Below, in pieces: positions 46,269-56,998 of a stretch of DNA of 57,875 nucleotides (position 1 is the stretch's first letter; each line of letters opens with the position of its first letter). The notes beneath the pieces were generated by a model, which was not told the DNA's origin, did no database searches, and saw nothing but the letters and a program-made list of their open reading frames with translations. This DNA comes from Dehalococcoidia bacterium (GTDB lineage Bacteria > Chloroflexota > Dehalococcoidia > UBA2979). The stretch is taken from positions 1 through 57,875 of the forward strand of contig JAQWLS010000113.1 of the NCBI GenBank assembly GCA_029247135.1, given 5' to 3'. The position numbers and the translations under genes were made by a program.

Positions 46269-48860
46269 CTAGCTAGTAGAGGCTCTCCCATTTCTGGCTT
46301 TATTGGTTTTTTTTTGCTGACGTTCGATGCGGCGTCGTTCGGCTCGAGTTGCTGCTATAGGCGTTGTAAGGTCATCCTTGGTTGCTGAGTTTCGAGCAGG
46401 ATCTTTCGTAGTTTGATTATTCGCTCGTGATTGCGTTTTTTGGGGCTCAGTCATAATGATACGTGCCCTTAAAACTTGTCTGGCCACAGTATTTTGAACT
46501 CGTTCCCTATATTGATCCCACATGTCATGTGCTTCTCGTTGAAAAGCTACTAATGGGTCTGTCTGGGCGATAGCTCTGAGTCCTATTCCTTGTCTTAACT
46601 CGCTCAACGCGGTTAGATGTTCGACCCAAGTTGCATCGATAGCAGATATTAATATTAGTTCCTCGGTTCGTCGCCTGAGATCTTCTCCAAATTCATCATT
46701 TAGGATTTCAAGTCTTGTGTCGGCTAAAGTTTTGGCTTCTTCGACAAGTTCATCAAATTTTTGCTTATCTGAGCTGTTTAAATCTTTTGACTCAAGATCG
46801 CCAGTTATTTGTTCGACGCTTTGTCTGAATAGTTCGACGTCGTAATCTATGTTGGTAAGATACTGAAGAGCTAGTGAATCAATTTCATCATGAACCATTT
46901 CAGTAACAGTTTCTTTCACATTTTGGCCTTGCAGCACTAAATTACGTTGTTCGTAGACCACAGCCCGTTGTGAGTTTGTAACATCATCGTATTTGACCAG
47001 GTGCTTTCGAATATCGAAGTTGTATGATTCTACTTTTTGTTGCGCCTGCCCAATAGCACTTGTTAGTTGCTTTGACTCTAGGGGCTCGCCGTCATCAACT
47101 AATTTATCGATCATTCCGGAGAGCCAGTCAGGTGAAAAGCGTTTCACCATTTCGTCTTCAAACGACACGAAAAATCTAGTAGATCCAGGGTCACCCTGCC
47201 TGCCACATCTTCCCCTGAGCTGATTGTCGATTCGGCGAGCTTCGTGACGTTCCGTTCCGATCACATGAAGTCCACCGAGTTGTTTGACCTCGTCACTTAA
47301 CTTGATATCAGTGCCTCGACCGGCCATGTTTGTAGCGATTGTTACCGCGCCCAATGTCCCCGCATTTTCAATAATCTCTGCCTCTTTTTGATGTTGTTTT
47401 GCGTTCAGAACTTCGTGTGGAATGTTTAGTTTGGTTAATTGACTTGAAAGGCCTTCCGATGTCTCAATCGACACCGTCCCAACCAATACCGGCCGTTGTA
47501 TCTGATATTTTTCTTGGACGTCAGTTATGACGGATCGCCATTTGTCAGTTTGATTTCGAAAAACAAGATCAGGATAATCTTCTCTGGCCACGGTACGATT
47601 CGGCGGGATCACCAAAACTTCAAGACTATAGATTTCGTTGAATTCCTCTGCTTCGGTGATAGCTGTACCGGTCATTCCAGCAAGTTTTCCATATAGACGA
47701 AAGTAATTTTGAATTGTTATCGTTGCGTAGGTTATTGATTCTTGTTGGATTTTGACTTTTTCTTTGGCCTCCACTGCTTGGTGGAGGCCATCGGACCATC
47801 TTCGACCTTCCATAAGTCGTCCGGTAAAGTCATCGACTATAACTATTTGGCTATCCTTAATCACATAGTCGCGATCTTTTTTAAAGAGCACTTCAGCCTT
47901 TAACGCAGCCTCTAAGTATCGAGTCATTCGAAAGTTTTCAGGTGCATAGATATTTGAGATTCCCAGAGCCCTTTCGAGAATTTCTATTCCACTTTCAGTG
48001 AGACTTATTGATTTGTGTTGCAAATCCACAATGTAATCTTGTTCAGCATGGAGCGACGGTACGATTTTTGCAAATCGCGGGTATAGGGACACATCATCTT
48101 GGGCTATTCCACTAATAATAAGTGGCGTTCGAGCTTCATCAATGAGGATAGAATCTGCTTCGTCGACGATTGCAAAATCGAGTGGTCCTTGGGAATTCTC
48201 GGCGAGGGTAGTAGCCATATTGTCACGTAAATAATCGAACCCAAATTCATTGTTAGTTCCATAGACGATATTGGCTTGGTAAGCTTCCGATCGACTTACT
48301 TCTCGTAAGTGCTCATATGTTGGTCGATCGGAAAGTATTTCTCGACTATAGATCCATGCCGAGCGATCATTTTGGATTACGCCAATTGATGTGCCGAGAA
48401 GGTCGAGAGCTGGCGCGTACCACTGCGAATCACGTCTAGCAAGATAGTCGTTTACAGTGATTGAATGAACGCTATTGGCAATCAGACTATTTATGTATAG
48501 TGCCAGAGTCGCGACCAAAGTTTTTCCTTCACCTGTTCGCATTTCTGCTATCTGGCCACGATGCAGTGCGAGTGCACCCTTGATTTGAACGCCGTACGCT
48601 GTCTCACCTGTAGTTCGAGTGATTGATTCTCTGATGAGACTTAACGCCTCAACAATGGATGAATCTAGTTCCTTGGATGGATCATCAGATTGCTCGAACT
48701 TATCCTTCAAGGCTTTAGATTTGTCTCGTAATTCTTGATCAGTTAATTTACTCAGGCTATTGCTAAAGTCTTCGACTTCATTCACTACCTGATTCATTTC
48801 AAGTAGTACTTTCTCATTTGAGTCACCAGTGAATAGATTTTTTAAAAATTTTATAGCCAT
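46269..48860 (-). CDS. secA: Preprotein translocase ATPase SecA
   Basis: MRTGEGKTLVATL Walker A, DEADSILIDEARTPLIISG, TNMAGRGTDI. 863 aa. Confidence 0.95.
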   Translation of the reverse strand: MAIKFLKNLFTGDSNEKVLLEMNQVVNEVEDFSNSLSKLTDQELRDKSKALKDKFEQSDDPSKELDSSIVEALSLIRESITRTTGETAYGVQIKGALALHRGQIAEMRTGEGKTLVATLALYINSLIANSVHSITVNDYLARRDSQWYAPALDLLGTSIGVIQNDRSAWIYSREILSDRPTYEHLREVSRSEAYQANIVYGTNNEFGFDYLRDNMATTLAENSQGPLDFAIVDEADSILIDEARTPLIISGIAQDDVSLYPRFAKIVPSLHAEQDYIVDLQHKSISLTESGIEILERALGISNIYAPENFRMTRYLEAALKAEVLFKKDRDYVIKDSQIVIVDDFTGRLMEGRRWSDGLHQAVEAKEKVKIQQESITYATITIQNYFRLYGKLAGMTGTAITEAEEFNEIYSLEVLVIPPNRTVAREDYPDLVFRNQTDKWRSVITDVQEKYQIQRPVLVGTVSIETSEGLSSQLTKLNIPHEVLNAKQHQKEAEIIENAGTLGAVTIATNMAGRGTDIKLSDEVKQLGGLHVIGTERHEARRIDNQLRGRCGRQGDPGSTRFFVSFEDEMVKRFSPDWLSGMIDKLVDDGEPLESKQLTSAIGQAQQKVESYNFDIRKHLVKYDDVTNSQRAVVYEQRNLVLQGQNVKETVTEMVHDEIDSLALQYLTNIDYDVELFRQSVEQITGDLESKDLNSSDKQKFDELVEEAKTLADTRLEILNDEFGEDLRRRTEELILISAIDATWVEHLTALSELRQGIGLRAIAQTDPLVAFQREAHDMWDQYRERVQNTVARQVLRARIIMTEPQKTQSRANNQTTKDPARNSATKDDLTTPIAATRAERRRIERQQKKTNKARNGRASTS

Positions 48861-48923
48861 AGGTACAGCATACAGAATGAAGTCAGAATGATCGCGCTCG
48901 AACTGATTCGCCAGTTATTCGGA

Positions 48924-49901
48924 CTATTTTTTGAAAAGTGCCCCAACGGATCCACCGCTATGAATTCTATTTATCGCATCACCTAGTAACGGAGCTATGG
49001 AGATTGACTTTTGAGGGATTGAAGTAAACTCACCCCGCACGAGTGGAAGGGTGTCCGTAAATATAATTTCGTCGATCCCAACAGTGGCATTATCAAGTCT
49101 CTCGTATGCTTTCTCAGCAAAGACTGGATGCACACATGCGACACGGACCGACCTAGCTCCATTTTCTCGAGCAGTGGCCACAGCTGCCGCAATAGTTCCA
49201 CCAGTTAAGATTTCATCGTCTAGTACTAAACAATCTCTCCCGTCAACAGATCCAACTAGATTCATAGCCTCAGCAACTTCGCTATTTCCTGTTCTTTGTT
49301 TATCAACAATCGCAAAGTCACCACCGATACGGGCAGATAGGTCTCGTGCTAGTTTTGCGCGTCCAGAGTCAGGAGCAACTACAACTGGAGCTAACTGGCT
49401 GATAGAACCGAAATAGTCTGCAAGTAGCGGAAAGGCTGTGAGTTCATCAACTGGGACATTAAAAAAACCTTGAATTTGCCCTGCATGCATATCCATAGAC
49501 AACAGCCGATCGGCGCCTGCTGTTTCTATGAAATTTGCCACAAGCCTAGCTGTGATAGGTATGCGTGGTTGATCTTTTTTATCACTTCGACCATAGGCAT
49601 AGTAGGGGACCACAGCGGTTATTCGTCCGGCTGATGCTCTACGTGCGGCATCAATCATTATGAATAATTCCATCAGACTTGTATTCACCGGAGACACTAT
49701 CGGTTGAACAATAAAGACATCTCGCTCACGAACATTATCTAAATATCGAACAAAAACTTCTTCATTTGAGAATTGGAAAACTTCACAGTCACCCAGTTTA
49801 ATACCCATATGTGCACAAATATCATCAGCAAGTTGTGGATGTCCATTGCCCGAAAATATCGCTATTTCATTGAAAGTCGTGGCCATCAAAACCCCCTGCA
49901 A
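48924..49901 (-). CDS. prs: Ribose-phosphate pyrophosphokinase
   Basis: VVAPDSGRAKLARDL and the DDEILTGGTI PRPP-binding loop. The likelier start is MATTFNEI. Confidence 0.95.
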   Translation of the reverse strand: MQGVLMATTFNEIAIFSGNGHPQLADDICAHMGIKLGDCEVFQFSNEEVFVRYLDNVRERDVFIVQPIVSPVNTSLMELFIMIDAARRASAGRITAVVPYYAYGRSDKKDQPRIPITARLVANFIETAGADRLLSMDMHAGQIQGFFNVPVDELTAFPLLADYFGSISQLAPVVVAPDSGRAKLARDLSARIGGDFAIVDKQRTGNSEVAEAMNLVGSVDGRDCLVLDDEILTGGTIAAAVATARENGARSVRVACVHPVFAEKAYERLDNATVGIDEIIFTDTLPLVRGEFTSIPQKSISIAPLLGDAINRIHSGGSVGALFKK

Positions 49902-49970
49902 AGTATTGCTTTGCTTGGATGTTAGCGCGACTTGTGTCTACTGTGTAAGTGGCCACAGAAATCGAAAAAT

Positions 49971-51155
49971 TTATGAGCGCAACTTCCAGAAGTAGAGGAG
50001 AGTTGCACCAAGTGGTAGTACTGTGAGCGATAGGAACACATTACTCATACCCATACTAATTACTAGCAATCCAAAACCTGTTTGTCCTAAGATGGCACCG
50101 AAGTCCCAGGCCAAAGTGTAGGTAGCGAGTGAGGAGGATAAATCTTTTTCACTAGAGCGGTCGACAACTAATGCTGAGATAGTTGTTTGCACTCCTGCAT
50201 TTGCGAGGCCGATAATTAGTCCAGCAACTAGTAGCAGTGGTACTGTGTCCGCGACTGATAACACGATTAACCCGACACTCATAAGAAGTAGCATCGGGAT
50301 TATGACAGCGCCTCGCCCGAATCTGTCGGAAAGTCCTCCACTTAAGGATCTTGAAAATAATTGACCGATTGCAGCAGCCTGCCAGAATATCGGGTATCCG
50401 GTAATGTCTCGTGCGGCTGCAAATTTCGGGAGCAGTCCGGTTATTGCCATGTAGCCAGTTGCTGTCGACAGAAATATGACCATGGGCAACAGTGCCGCTG
50501 TCGATATTCCATTAATTGGGTTCACAAGTGTCCATCCGCTCGGGAACGGTTTTTTTACGATCGATTTTGGATCCCCAATAGCGGCCGCGCTAATTAACGC
50601 AATGCCTGTGCTAATTGCACCCAGCAAGAACGCAACTTCCAGTGAGAAGGAATCTGCAACGTTTTTCATCAGGAGCGGGCCATAGAAGAGCGACAGCGTG
50701 TTGGCTGTTTGGAATATTCCTAACCCTAAACCTCTTCGATGAGTCGGCAAACCTTCAGCGACTAACGCGAGCAAACCCGTCGCAAAGAAACCCATCGCAG
50801 TACCATGTAGGATTCGAAAAGGTACAAAACCCCACGGGCCGAGATTAAGACTGTAGCCGAGAAAAGCTATAACAGTAGCAATACCCCCGAGTCGAAGCCA
50901 AAGTTGGTGTCTTCCTAAGTCAAGTAATCCGCCAGTAATAGGTCTGGCAATAACCCCAGCAAATCCAAAAATACCTAATACGAAACCTGCAAGTCCAACT
51001 GGTACATTTTCAAGCGCCTCAGGAACGAGAACGTTAGTACTGGTGTGATAGCCAAGAAAAAAAAAGTGTGTGGAAATGGTGGCTAAAACAAATCCCGGAG
51101 TAATAAGAGGAATATTTTTTGTGCCGGTTTGGGTTAGATTAGTCAGCGGAGAAAT
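49971..51155 (-). CDS. MFS transporter (start codon unresolved)
   Basis: The track ORF (274 aa) is the C-terminal two-thirds. The same frame stays open to a TAG at 51168-51170 and encodes TM-like N-terminal MFS sequence (IPLITPGFVLATISTHFFFLGY, GIFGFAGVIARPITGGLLD). Confidence 0.7.
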   Translation of the reverse strand: MSPLTNLTQTGTKNIPLITPGFVLATISTHFFFLGYHTSTNVLVPEALENVPVGLAGFVLGIFGFAGVIARPITGGLLDLGRHQLWLRLGGIATVIAFLGYSLNLGPWGFVPFRILHGTAMGFFATGLLALVAEGLPTHRRGLGLGIFQTANTLSLFYGPLLMKNVADSFSLEVAFLLGAISTGIALISAAAIGDPKSIVKKPFPSGWTLVNPINGISTAALLPMVIFLSTATGYMAITGLLPKFAAARDITGYPIFWQAAAIGQLFSRSLSGGLSDRFGRGAVIIPMLLLMSVGLIVLSVADTVPLLLVAGLIIGLANAGVQTTISALVVDRSSEKDLSSSLATYTLAWDFGAILGQTGFGLLVISMGMSNVFLSLTVLPLGATLLYFWKLRS

Positions 51156-51219
51156 GTTATCGCCCGTCTATAATGGTATTCAGGATTCGAAATTTACTAA
51201 GAGCCTGATATGAGCGAGC

Positions 51220-51564
51220 TTAACCTTCGGACTCTGCCACTGGTTTTTCATCTGATTCGTTAGCAATTGCCTCAGATGCGTATGCCAGTAGTCGGCCGTC
51301 CCTCTCAATGAACATTGCCAGACGATCTTCAGTCTCAATTTGCTGAACCCATTGGGGCAGAATTGCTCCATGTCCATTAACTAGATAAGTGTGGCCTTGA
51401 TATGAGAACTCATTTTCAGAAACGGAGAGGTTGTATGGTGGTGGCACATCCATTTGATTCCAATTTAGCGCAAATACATCAATGCCCCCCGTTGAGATTA
51501 AAAAAAGATCCCCGAAATCGATTGTTAGCTGGGTATGGTCGGTAGTTGATTGTTCTGTGGTCAT
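51220..51564 (-). CDS. Hypothetical protein (114 aa)
   Basis: ORF only, lying between the VKOR and MFS genes on the same strand. Confidence 0.4.
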   Translation of the reverse strand: MTTEQSTTDHTQLTIDFGDLFLISTGGIDVFALNWNQMDVPPPYNLSVSENEFSYQGHTYLVNGHGAILPQWVQQIETEDRLAMFIERDGRLLAYASEAIANESDEKPVAESEG

Positions 51565-51600
51565 GTATTCTCTCCAACCGCAGTATATATCATCATCAAT

Positions 51601-52074
51601 TCAAGACGAAGTCTCATCGATAATCCTCATGTTAATTATCTCGACGATCAAAATCATTGAAATAATTACAGCTGATGCAACGCACCAAATGCACCAAGCT
51701 TCCAGCACAAACGCTTCGATTCCGGTGAGATAGATTGAATAGATTGTGCCAGCAGTCGCTATAAAAAATGACCATATTTTAATATTTTTAGTTAGCTGTT
51801 CACGTAAACTGAAAAATCTCTTGTGCACGTATTGGATTCTAGGGATATGTAACCCAAGTAACGTTAGGTACATAAATAATCCTAAGAGTGAGATAGGTAT
51901 CCCAGCGACGCTTGAGTATTCTGATTTTTGAACTTGGTGGCAGCCGCCACCCTCTCCACAAATTAGTGCACTCTCATTAAACAACGTTGTATAACTCAGA
52001 TATAGAGCCACGATTAATCCAGATATCTTTAAAATCAACGAAAAGGATTTTACTAGAACTGACCCTTGTAACAA
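51601..52074 (-). CDS. Vitamin K epoxide reductase (VKOR) family protein
   Basis: Loop cysteine pair CGEGGGC and a membrane CIWC (CxxC). The hydrophobic profile suggests about 4 TM segments. TTG start. Confidence 0.75.
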   Translation of the reverse strand: MLQGSVLVKSFSLILKISGLIVALYLSYTTLFNESALICGEGGGCHQVQKSEYSSVAGIPISLLGLFMYLTLLGLHIPRIQYVHKRFFSLREQLTKNIKIWSFFIATAGTIYSIYLTGIEAFVLEAWCIWCVASAVIISMILIVEIINMRIIDETSS

Positions 52075-52117
52075 GATTATATTCTCCAGAGCTCAAGCTA
52101 AGCAGAGACCAATTAAG

Positions 52118-52825
52118 TTACTCGAGCTGATTTTCTATAATTTGTTGAATGTCCACAAAATTAACTACGCCTGAAATAGGGTATGTTCCTATTAGCGTGT
52201 ACGGTGTTCCTCCAGTGAAGCCATTTTTTATTGCTAATTGAGTAGCCGACTCCAGATCATCGTGCTCTTGTTCTGAATTTAGACAGGTACTGAATAAATT
52301 CGTATTTAGTGGAAGGCCAGCATCCACTAATTCATCGGCAAAATTTTCTAAATTAGAAAGACTATAAACACCAGAGTTAGGCTGCCCTTGTCTTAAAAAG
52401 AGGAGGTTGTGATACTCCCAGAATAGATTCTGATCTGCCGCACAAAATGATGCAGTCGCCGCATTAAATGATTCTCCACCGAGGATCGGAGTGTTAACAA
52501 AGACAAGTTTGACTTGACCGTCTCTAACATAACTATCAATTAGAGGCTTGACAATGTTTTCCGAGAAAGTTTTACAGTGTGAACACTGAAAGTCCTCGTG
52601 TATCCATATTGTCAGGGGAGAATCGGCGTTACCCAATTCTGTTCCATTCGTCGGTATATCCTGATACGTACTATTCAATTGAAATGCTTCATCATTTGTT
52701 GTTGAACCTGGACGGCTAGACCATATGAGCCATATCACTATTAGAAGTATTAGCCCACCAGCTCCAAAGACGGGTAGCCCCCCCCAGTCATTGTAGAATT
52801 TACTGAGTTTCGACTTTTCTTTCAA
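52118..52825 (-). CDS. DsbA-like thiol:disulfide oxidoreductase, membrane-anchored
   Basis: N-terminal TM segment and a thioredoxin-fold CSHC active site. Confidence 0.8.
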   Translation of the reverse strand: MKEKSKLSKFYNDWGGLPVFGAGGLILLIVIWLIWSSRPGSTTNDEAFQLNSTYQDIPTNGTELGNADSPLTIWIHEDFQCSHCKTFSENIVKPLIDSYVRDGQVKLVFVNTPILGGESFNAATASFCAADQNLFWEYHNLLFLRQGQPNSGVYSLSNLENFADELVDAGLPLNTNLFSTCLNSEQEHDDLESATQLAIKNGFTGGTPYTLIGTYPISGVVNFVDIQQIIENQLE

Positions 52826-52867
52826 TATCTGACCTTAGTCTGTCTATCAATAAAACTTCAAAACTGA

Positions 52868-54040
52868 TTACCCTCGAGGGAGGCCTAGACCTCTTTGAGC
52901 GATAATATTTCTTTGCACCTCGCTTGTTCCAGCTGCCACGGTGCTTGATACAGCAGTCATATATTGCTGTGCAAAAGCGCCTCCTAGTTTCGCGTATGGC
53001 GATCCTGGACGCAGCTGAGAAATGCTTCCAAGAAGATGCATTCCCGTCCCAGCAATACGTTGCGAAAGTTCCGATCCATACAGCTTAGAAACAGATGCTT
53101 CGTGATTTGGGATAATACCTTGTGATTGAAGAAATGGAATACGATAGGCGACGTTGAAGCCTACTTGTACCTCTATCCAACGATCTGCAAGTTCGTACCG
53201 TGCAGTTGGATTTTGTTGAACGAGTGACTCTTCGTCACGAGCTGCTGAAACAAGCTTTTCAACGCTCCGCTTTCCATTAGCATATGCTCCCACACCAGAC
53301 CTTTCAAAATCTAGTGCAGTCGCCACTTGGTACCAACCTCGATTTTCAACACCGACCAGACTGTCACCTGGAATTCGTACATCCTCAAAGAATATTTCAT
53401 TGAATCCGTGCTCTCCAGCTAAGTTTGGTAGAGGTCGGACAGATACGCCAGGCGCATCCATGGGCATTACGAATGTAGATATACCGCGGTGCTTTGGTGC
53501 ACTGGGGTCTGTTCGTGCAGCCAACCAACCCATATTTGCATAATGTCCCCCACTGGTCCATATTTTAGAGCCATTGATGATCCATTCATCACCATCTCTT
53601 ACGGCACGAGTCTGCAAAGAGGCTAGGTCCGATCCTGCGCCAGGCTCAGAATAAAGCGTGCACCAAATATCGTCTCCATTTGTGATTTTTGGCAGATATT
53701 GTTCTTTTTGCTCATCTGTTCCATACAGTATTAGGGCTGGTCCAACCCATGCCACACCCATACCGCCACCACCAGGCATTCGAGCATAAGTGGTCTCTTC
53801 GTTGTAGATCATTTGCTGTACATGTGTGGCATCGAGTCCACCGTTTTCTTTGGACCAAGCCATTGCGAGCCATTTCTTATCAGCAAGTCCCTTCGTGATG
53901 GTTCTGGCCAATGAGCCATCTTCGGCTCCCTCATCACCAATCGTATCCCGATCGTTCCAGTCATTTGGAAGATGACTATCAAGAAATGATCGTATTTCGG
54001 TTCGAAAACTTTCTTCTTCAGGTGAAAACGAAAAATCCAT
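52868..54040 (-). CDS. Acyl-CoA dehydrogenase family protein
   Basis: CTLYSEPGAGSDLASLQTRA motif and a C-terminal GTSEVQRNIIA. Confidence 0.9.
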   Translation of the reverse strand: MDFSFSPEEESFRTEIRSFLDSHLPNDWNDRDTIGDEGAEDGSLARTITKGLADKKWLAMAWSKENGGLDATHVQQMIYNEETTYARMPGGGGMGVAWVGPALILYGTDEQKEQYLPKITNGDDIWCTLYSEPGAGSDLASLQTRAVRDGDEWIINGSKIWTSGGHYANMGWLAARTDPSAPKHRGISTFVMPMDAPGVSVRPLPNLAGEHGFNEIFFEDVRIPGDSLVGVENRGWYQVATALDFERSGVGAYANGKRSVEKLVSAARDEESLVQQNPTARYELADRWIEVQVGFNVAYRIPFLQSQGIIPNHEASVSKLYGSELSQRIAGTGMHLLGSISQLRPGSPYAKLGGAFAQQYMTAVSSTVAAGTSEVQRNIIAQRGLGLPRG

Positions 54041-54144
54041 AATGCATACCCCATAATTTTTTTATTTGTTGTTACACCTTCAAAGTGTACCAGTTTTTTT
54101 TCTTTTCTTTGTCACAATATTCTTAATAAATTGTCTCCGACCGT

Positions 54145-55839
54145 CTACCGCGTAGTTGCTCCAGTATCAGCACCGGATACTAACTTCGCGTACTTCGCAA
54201 AGACGCCACGCTCATAATTTGCTGGCCGTGGTTCACGAGCAGCTAAGCGCGTTTTGATTTCTTCAGCCTCTAGTTCTAGATTTAATTCTCTACCAGGGAT
54301 GTCAAAATAAATTGAATCCCCTTCAATAACTGCTCCGATGGGGCCACCGGCAGCTGCTTCTGGCGCCACATGGCCGGCCATTAAACCTCTCGTAGCGCCA
54401 GAGAATCGGCCGTCGGTAAGAAGTGCAACTGAGTCGTCTAGGCCTGCTCCGACAAGGGCAGCCGTAACGCCCAGCATCTCTCTCATTCCAGGTCCACCTA
54501 CAGGACCTTCGTTACGGATTACCAGGACGTCACCTTGATTAATTTTACCCTCAAGGACGGCCTGCATCGCGTCTTCTTCCCGCTCGAATACTCGGGCTGG
54601 TCCTCGATGCGTCAGTCGTTCGTGACCTGCTACTTTGATAACGGATCCTTTTGGTGCTAATGATCCTTTAAGAATCACTAAGCCACCTGTAGGTTTCAGC
54701 GCATTGTCAGTGTTTAAGATTACATCCTGTCCTGGGGTTTCTTCCGTAAGTTCAGCCTCTTCCTGTATGGTTTTACCAGTAATAGTCATTTGATCCCCAT
54801 GAATCTTATCTGCTTCAAGTAGTTTCTTTGCAAGAAGTCTGGTGCCACCTGCGCGGTCCCAATCTAGAGCTACATAGCGGCCACCAGGGCGCAAATCACC
54901 GATCAACGGCGTGATATCGGATATTCGATTGAAATCATCTATGTCCAGATCGATACCACATTCTGCAGCGATAGCAAGCAGATGCAATACGACATTGGTT
55001 GAACCGCCTGTAGCCGTGGCGCAGGCAATGCCATTTTCAAAAGCTTCTTTAGTTAATAGTTCTTGTGGCTTGAGGCCGCGGCGGAGAATTTCCATAACTA
55101 ACTCGCCCGCCTGAACGCCTATATTGTCTTTGCGAGGATCTGTGGCGCCTGGAGAACCCGATCCCATGGCAGCGATCCCCAGAAACTCTAGGACTGTTGC
55201 CATAGTATTTGCGGTGTATTGGGCACCGCATGCGCCAGCTCCTGGGCATGCTGCCGCTTCTAATCCGGCCAACTCTTCGTCAGTCATCGTGCCAGCAGCG
55301 TGTCTTCCGACTCCTTCGAATACATCCTGAATTGTGACATCTTCACCTTGCCAGCTGCCGGGTGCGATTGATCCCGAATATAGAACCATTCCGGGGATAT
55401 TTAGTCGGGCTAACGCCATGGCACCGCCGGGAATTGTTTTGTCGCAACCAACTATTATCACAGCTGCGTCGAATGAATAACCTATGCCGCAAAGCTCAAT
55501 TGAGTCTGCAATCAATTCGCGTGAAATCAGCGAGGCTTTCATACCCTCTGTCCCCATGGTGACACCATCTGAGATTGATACGGTGTTGACCTCCATTGGG
55601 GTCCCACCCGCTGCTCGTATTCCTGCCATGACTTGTTGTGCAAGTGCTCGTTGTGAGTAGTTGCATGGCATTGTTCCAATCCATTCATGGGCAACCATTA
55701 CTAAAGGTCGTTTCAGATCCTCAGCCGAATACCCTACGGAGTGCAGCATTGATCGCGCAGCTGCCCGGTCAGGGCCATCCACCAGGACATGACTCTTATG
55801 ACGCATATCGAATTGGTCAATTGAAGTTGTATCAGACAT
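54145..55839 (-). CDS. ilvD: IlvD/Edd family dehydratase (dihydroxy-acid dehydratase-like)
   Basis: [34 protein letters not shown]. 564 aa. Confidence 0.85.
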   Translation of the reverse strand: MSDTTSIDQFDMRHKSHVLVDGPDRAAARSMLHSVGYSAEDLKRPLVMVAHEWIGTMPCNYSQRALAQQVMAGIRAAGGTPMEVNTVSISDGVTMGTEGMKASLISRELIADSIELCGIGYSFDAAVIIVGCDKTIPGGAMALARLNIPGMVLYSGSIAPGSWQGEDVTIQDVFEGVGRHAAGTMTDEELAGLEAAACPGAGACGAQYTANTMATVLEFLGIAAMGSGSPGATDPRKDNIGVQAGELVMEILRRGLKPQELLTKEAFENGIACATATGGSTNVVLHLLAIAAECGIDLDIDDFNRISDITPLIGDLRPGGRYVALDWDRAGGTRLLAKKLLEADKIHGDQMTITGKTIQEEAELTEETPGQDVILNTDNALKPTGGLVILKGSLAPKGSVIKVAGHERLTHRGPARVFEREEDAMQAVLEGKINQGDVLVIRNEGPVGGPGMREMLGVTAALVGAGLDDSVALLTDGRFSGATRGLMAGHVAPEAAAGGPIGAVIEGDSIYFDIPGRELNLELEAEEIKTRLAAREPRPANYERGVFAKYAKLVSGADTGATTR

Positions 55840-55865
55840 ATTTGGAACTCCTTAAAATTTATTTT

Positions 55866-56909
55866 CTAAGCGTTAGCCACGGTAGGGATAGTTTTTAGCT
55901 CTGCGATAATCTCCTTGACCTGCTCAAACTCCTCAGGTGTTTTCGGGTCTCCTGGAAACGATACTTGTGAGTTGATTCCTGAGTATTTTTCTTTCATCTT
56001 CCCAGCGATTACATCCCATGTTCCCACAACACAAAATTCCTCTATCATTTCGTCCGTCACTACATTGACCATTTCATCCCATTTTCCACCGACTGATAGT
56101 CGGTGAAGTTCAGCCGCTTCGTCGGCCCAACCATGTAATTTCATGACGTTTGAGTATGATCGAGTGGACGCATAGAAAGATATCCTCTTTCGAGTGATTT
56201 CGATTTGTCTTTCTAATTCCTCCTCGGTTTTAGCAGTCACAACGAATCCACCGCCGCGAATTTGCACTTTCGAGATATCCTTTCCAGCGCGTCGCGCGCC
56301 CTCTTGGACCTCTGGAATTAATACTTCACGAATGTATCGAAACGTACTGAAACCATGAATGGCTATCCCATCTGCCACTTCACCCGCGAGTCTCGCGTTG
56401 AATGGATTTACTGCTGAAACAATGACTGGGATATCAGGGTGTTCAATGGGGCCAGGATTAAACATCGGGCTTGTGAGTTTGTACTGATAAAATTCGCCTT
56501 CGTAGTCTGGTTTGGTCCCATGTTGCCATGAATCCCAGATAGCTCTCATACACTTGATGTAGTCACGTAGGTGAGGTCCAGGTGGGTGCCAGGGTACTGA
56601 AAATCTGCGTTCGTTATGCCCTTTTACTTGTGTGCCAAGGCCTAGGACGAATCGCCCTCCCGAATATGCCTGCAGATCCCAAGCAAGGTTTGCTGAAATA
56701 TGTGGAGCCCTTGGGAACGCTATCGCGACTGACGTACCAAATTGGAGTTTTTTAGTATGCTCGGCAACTAGAACCAACGGTAAAAACGGATTATGTGTCG
56801 TCTCGCCTATAGAGAGCGAATCATGTCCCAATGACTCAAGCTTTTGAGCTTGCGAAACGATATCCTCCCCGAGTGTTGATCCGGCTCCTCCACCAACTAG
56901 CATTGTCAT
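55866..56909 (-). CDS. Luciferase-like (LLM class) flavin/F420-dependent oxidoreductase
   Basis: TIM-barrel length, with LGLGTQVKGHNERRF and the family's typical N-terminal region. Confidence 0.8.
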   Translation of the reverse strand: MTMLVGGGAGSTLGEDIVSQAQKLESLGHDSLSIGETTHNPFLPLVLVAEHTKKLQFGTSVAIAFPRAPHISANLAWDLQAYSGGRFVLGLGTQVKGHNERRFSVPWHPPGPHLRDYIKCMRAIWDSWQHGTKPDYEGEFYQYKLTSPMFNPGPIEHPDIPVIVSAVNPFNARLAGEVADGIAIHGFSTFRYIREVLIPEVQEGARRAGKDISKVQIRGGGFVVTAKTEEELERQIEITRKRISFYASTRSYSNVMKLHGWADEAAELHRLSVGGKWDEMVNVVTDEMIEEFCVVGTWDVIAGKMKEKYSGINSQVSFPGDPKTPEEFEQVKEIIAELKTIPTVANA

Positions 56910-56998
56910 AATTCTACCCCCCCTTAATTCAATTTTCTTACGCCGAGATTAACATCTAACACTTGTTAAGCATCACCTTAATTGCCCTGAGAATCTTT

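Noticed and set aside
46269-46340. SecA C-terminus lacks the zinc-finger (CxCxSGx8CH) tail and ends in a K/R-rich segment encoded partly by an A9 run
   Set aside because: Loss of the SecB-binding zinc tail is a known lineage variation in SecA proteins, so it is not evidence of anything new.
51057-51065. A9 homopolymer as a frameshift site that would explain the missing MFS start
   Set aside because: The frame upstream of the run already encodes convincing TM sequence. The other two frames upstream contain stops and no ATG, so a slip does not rescue a start codon.
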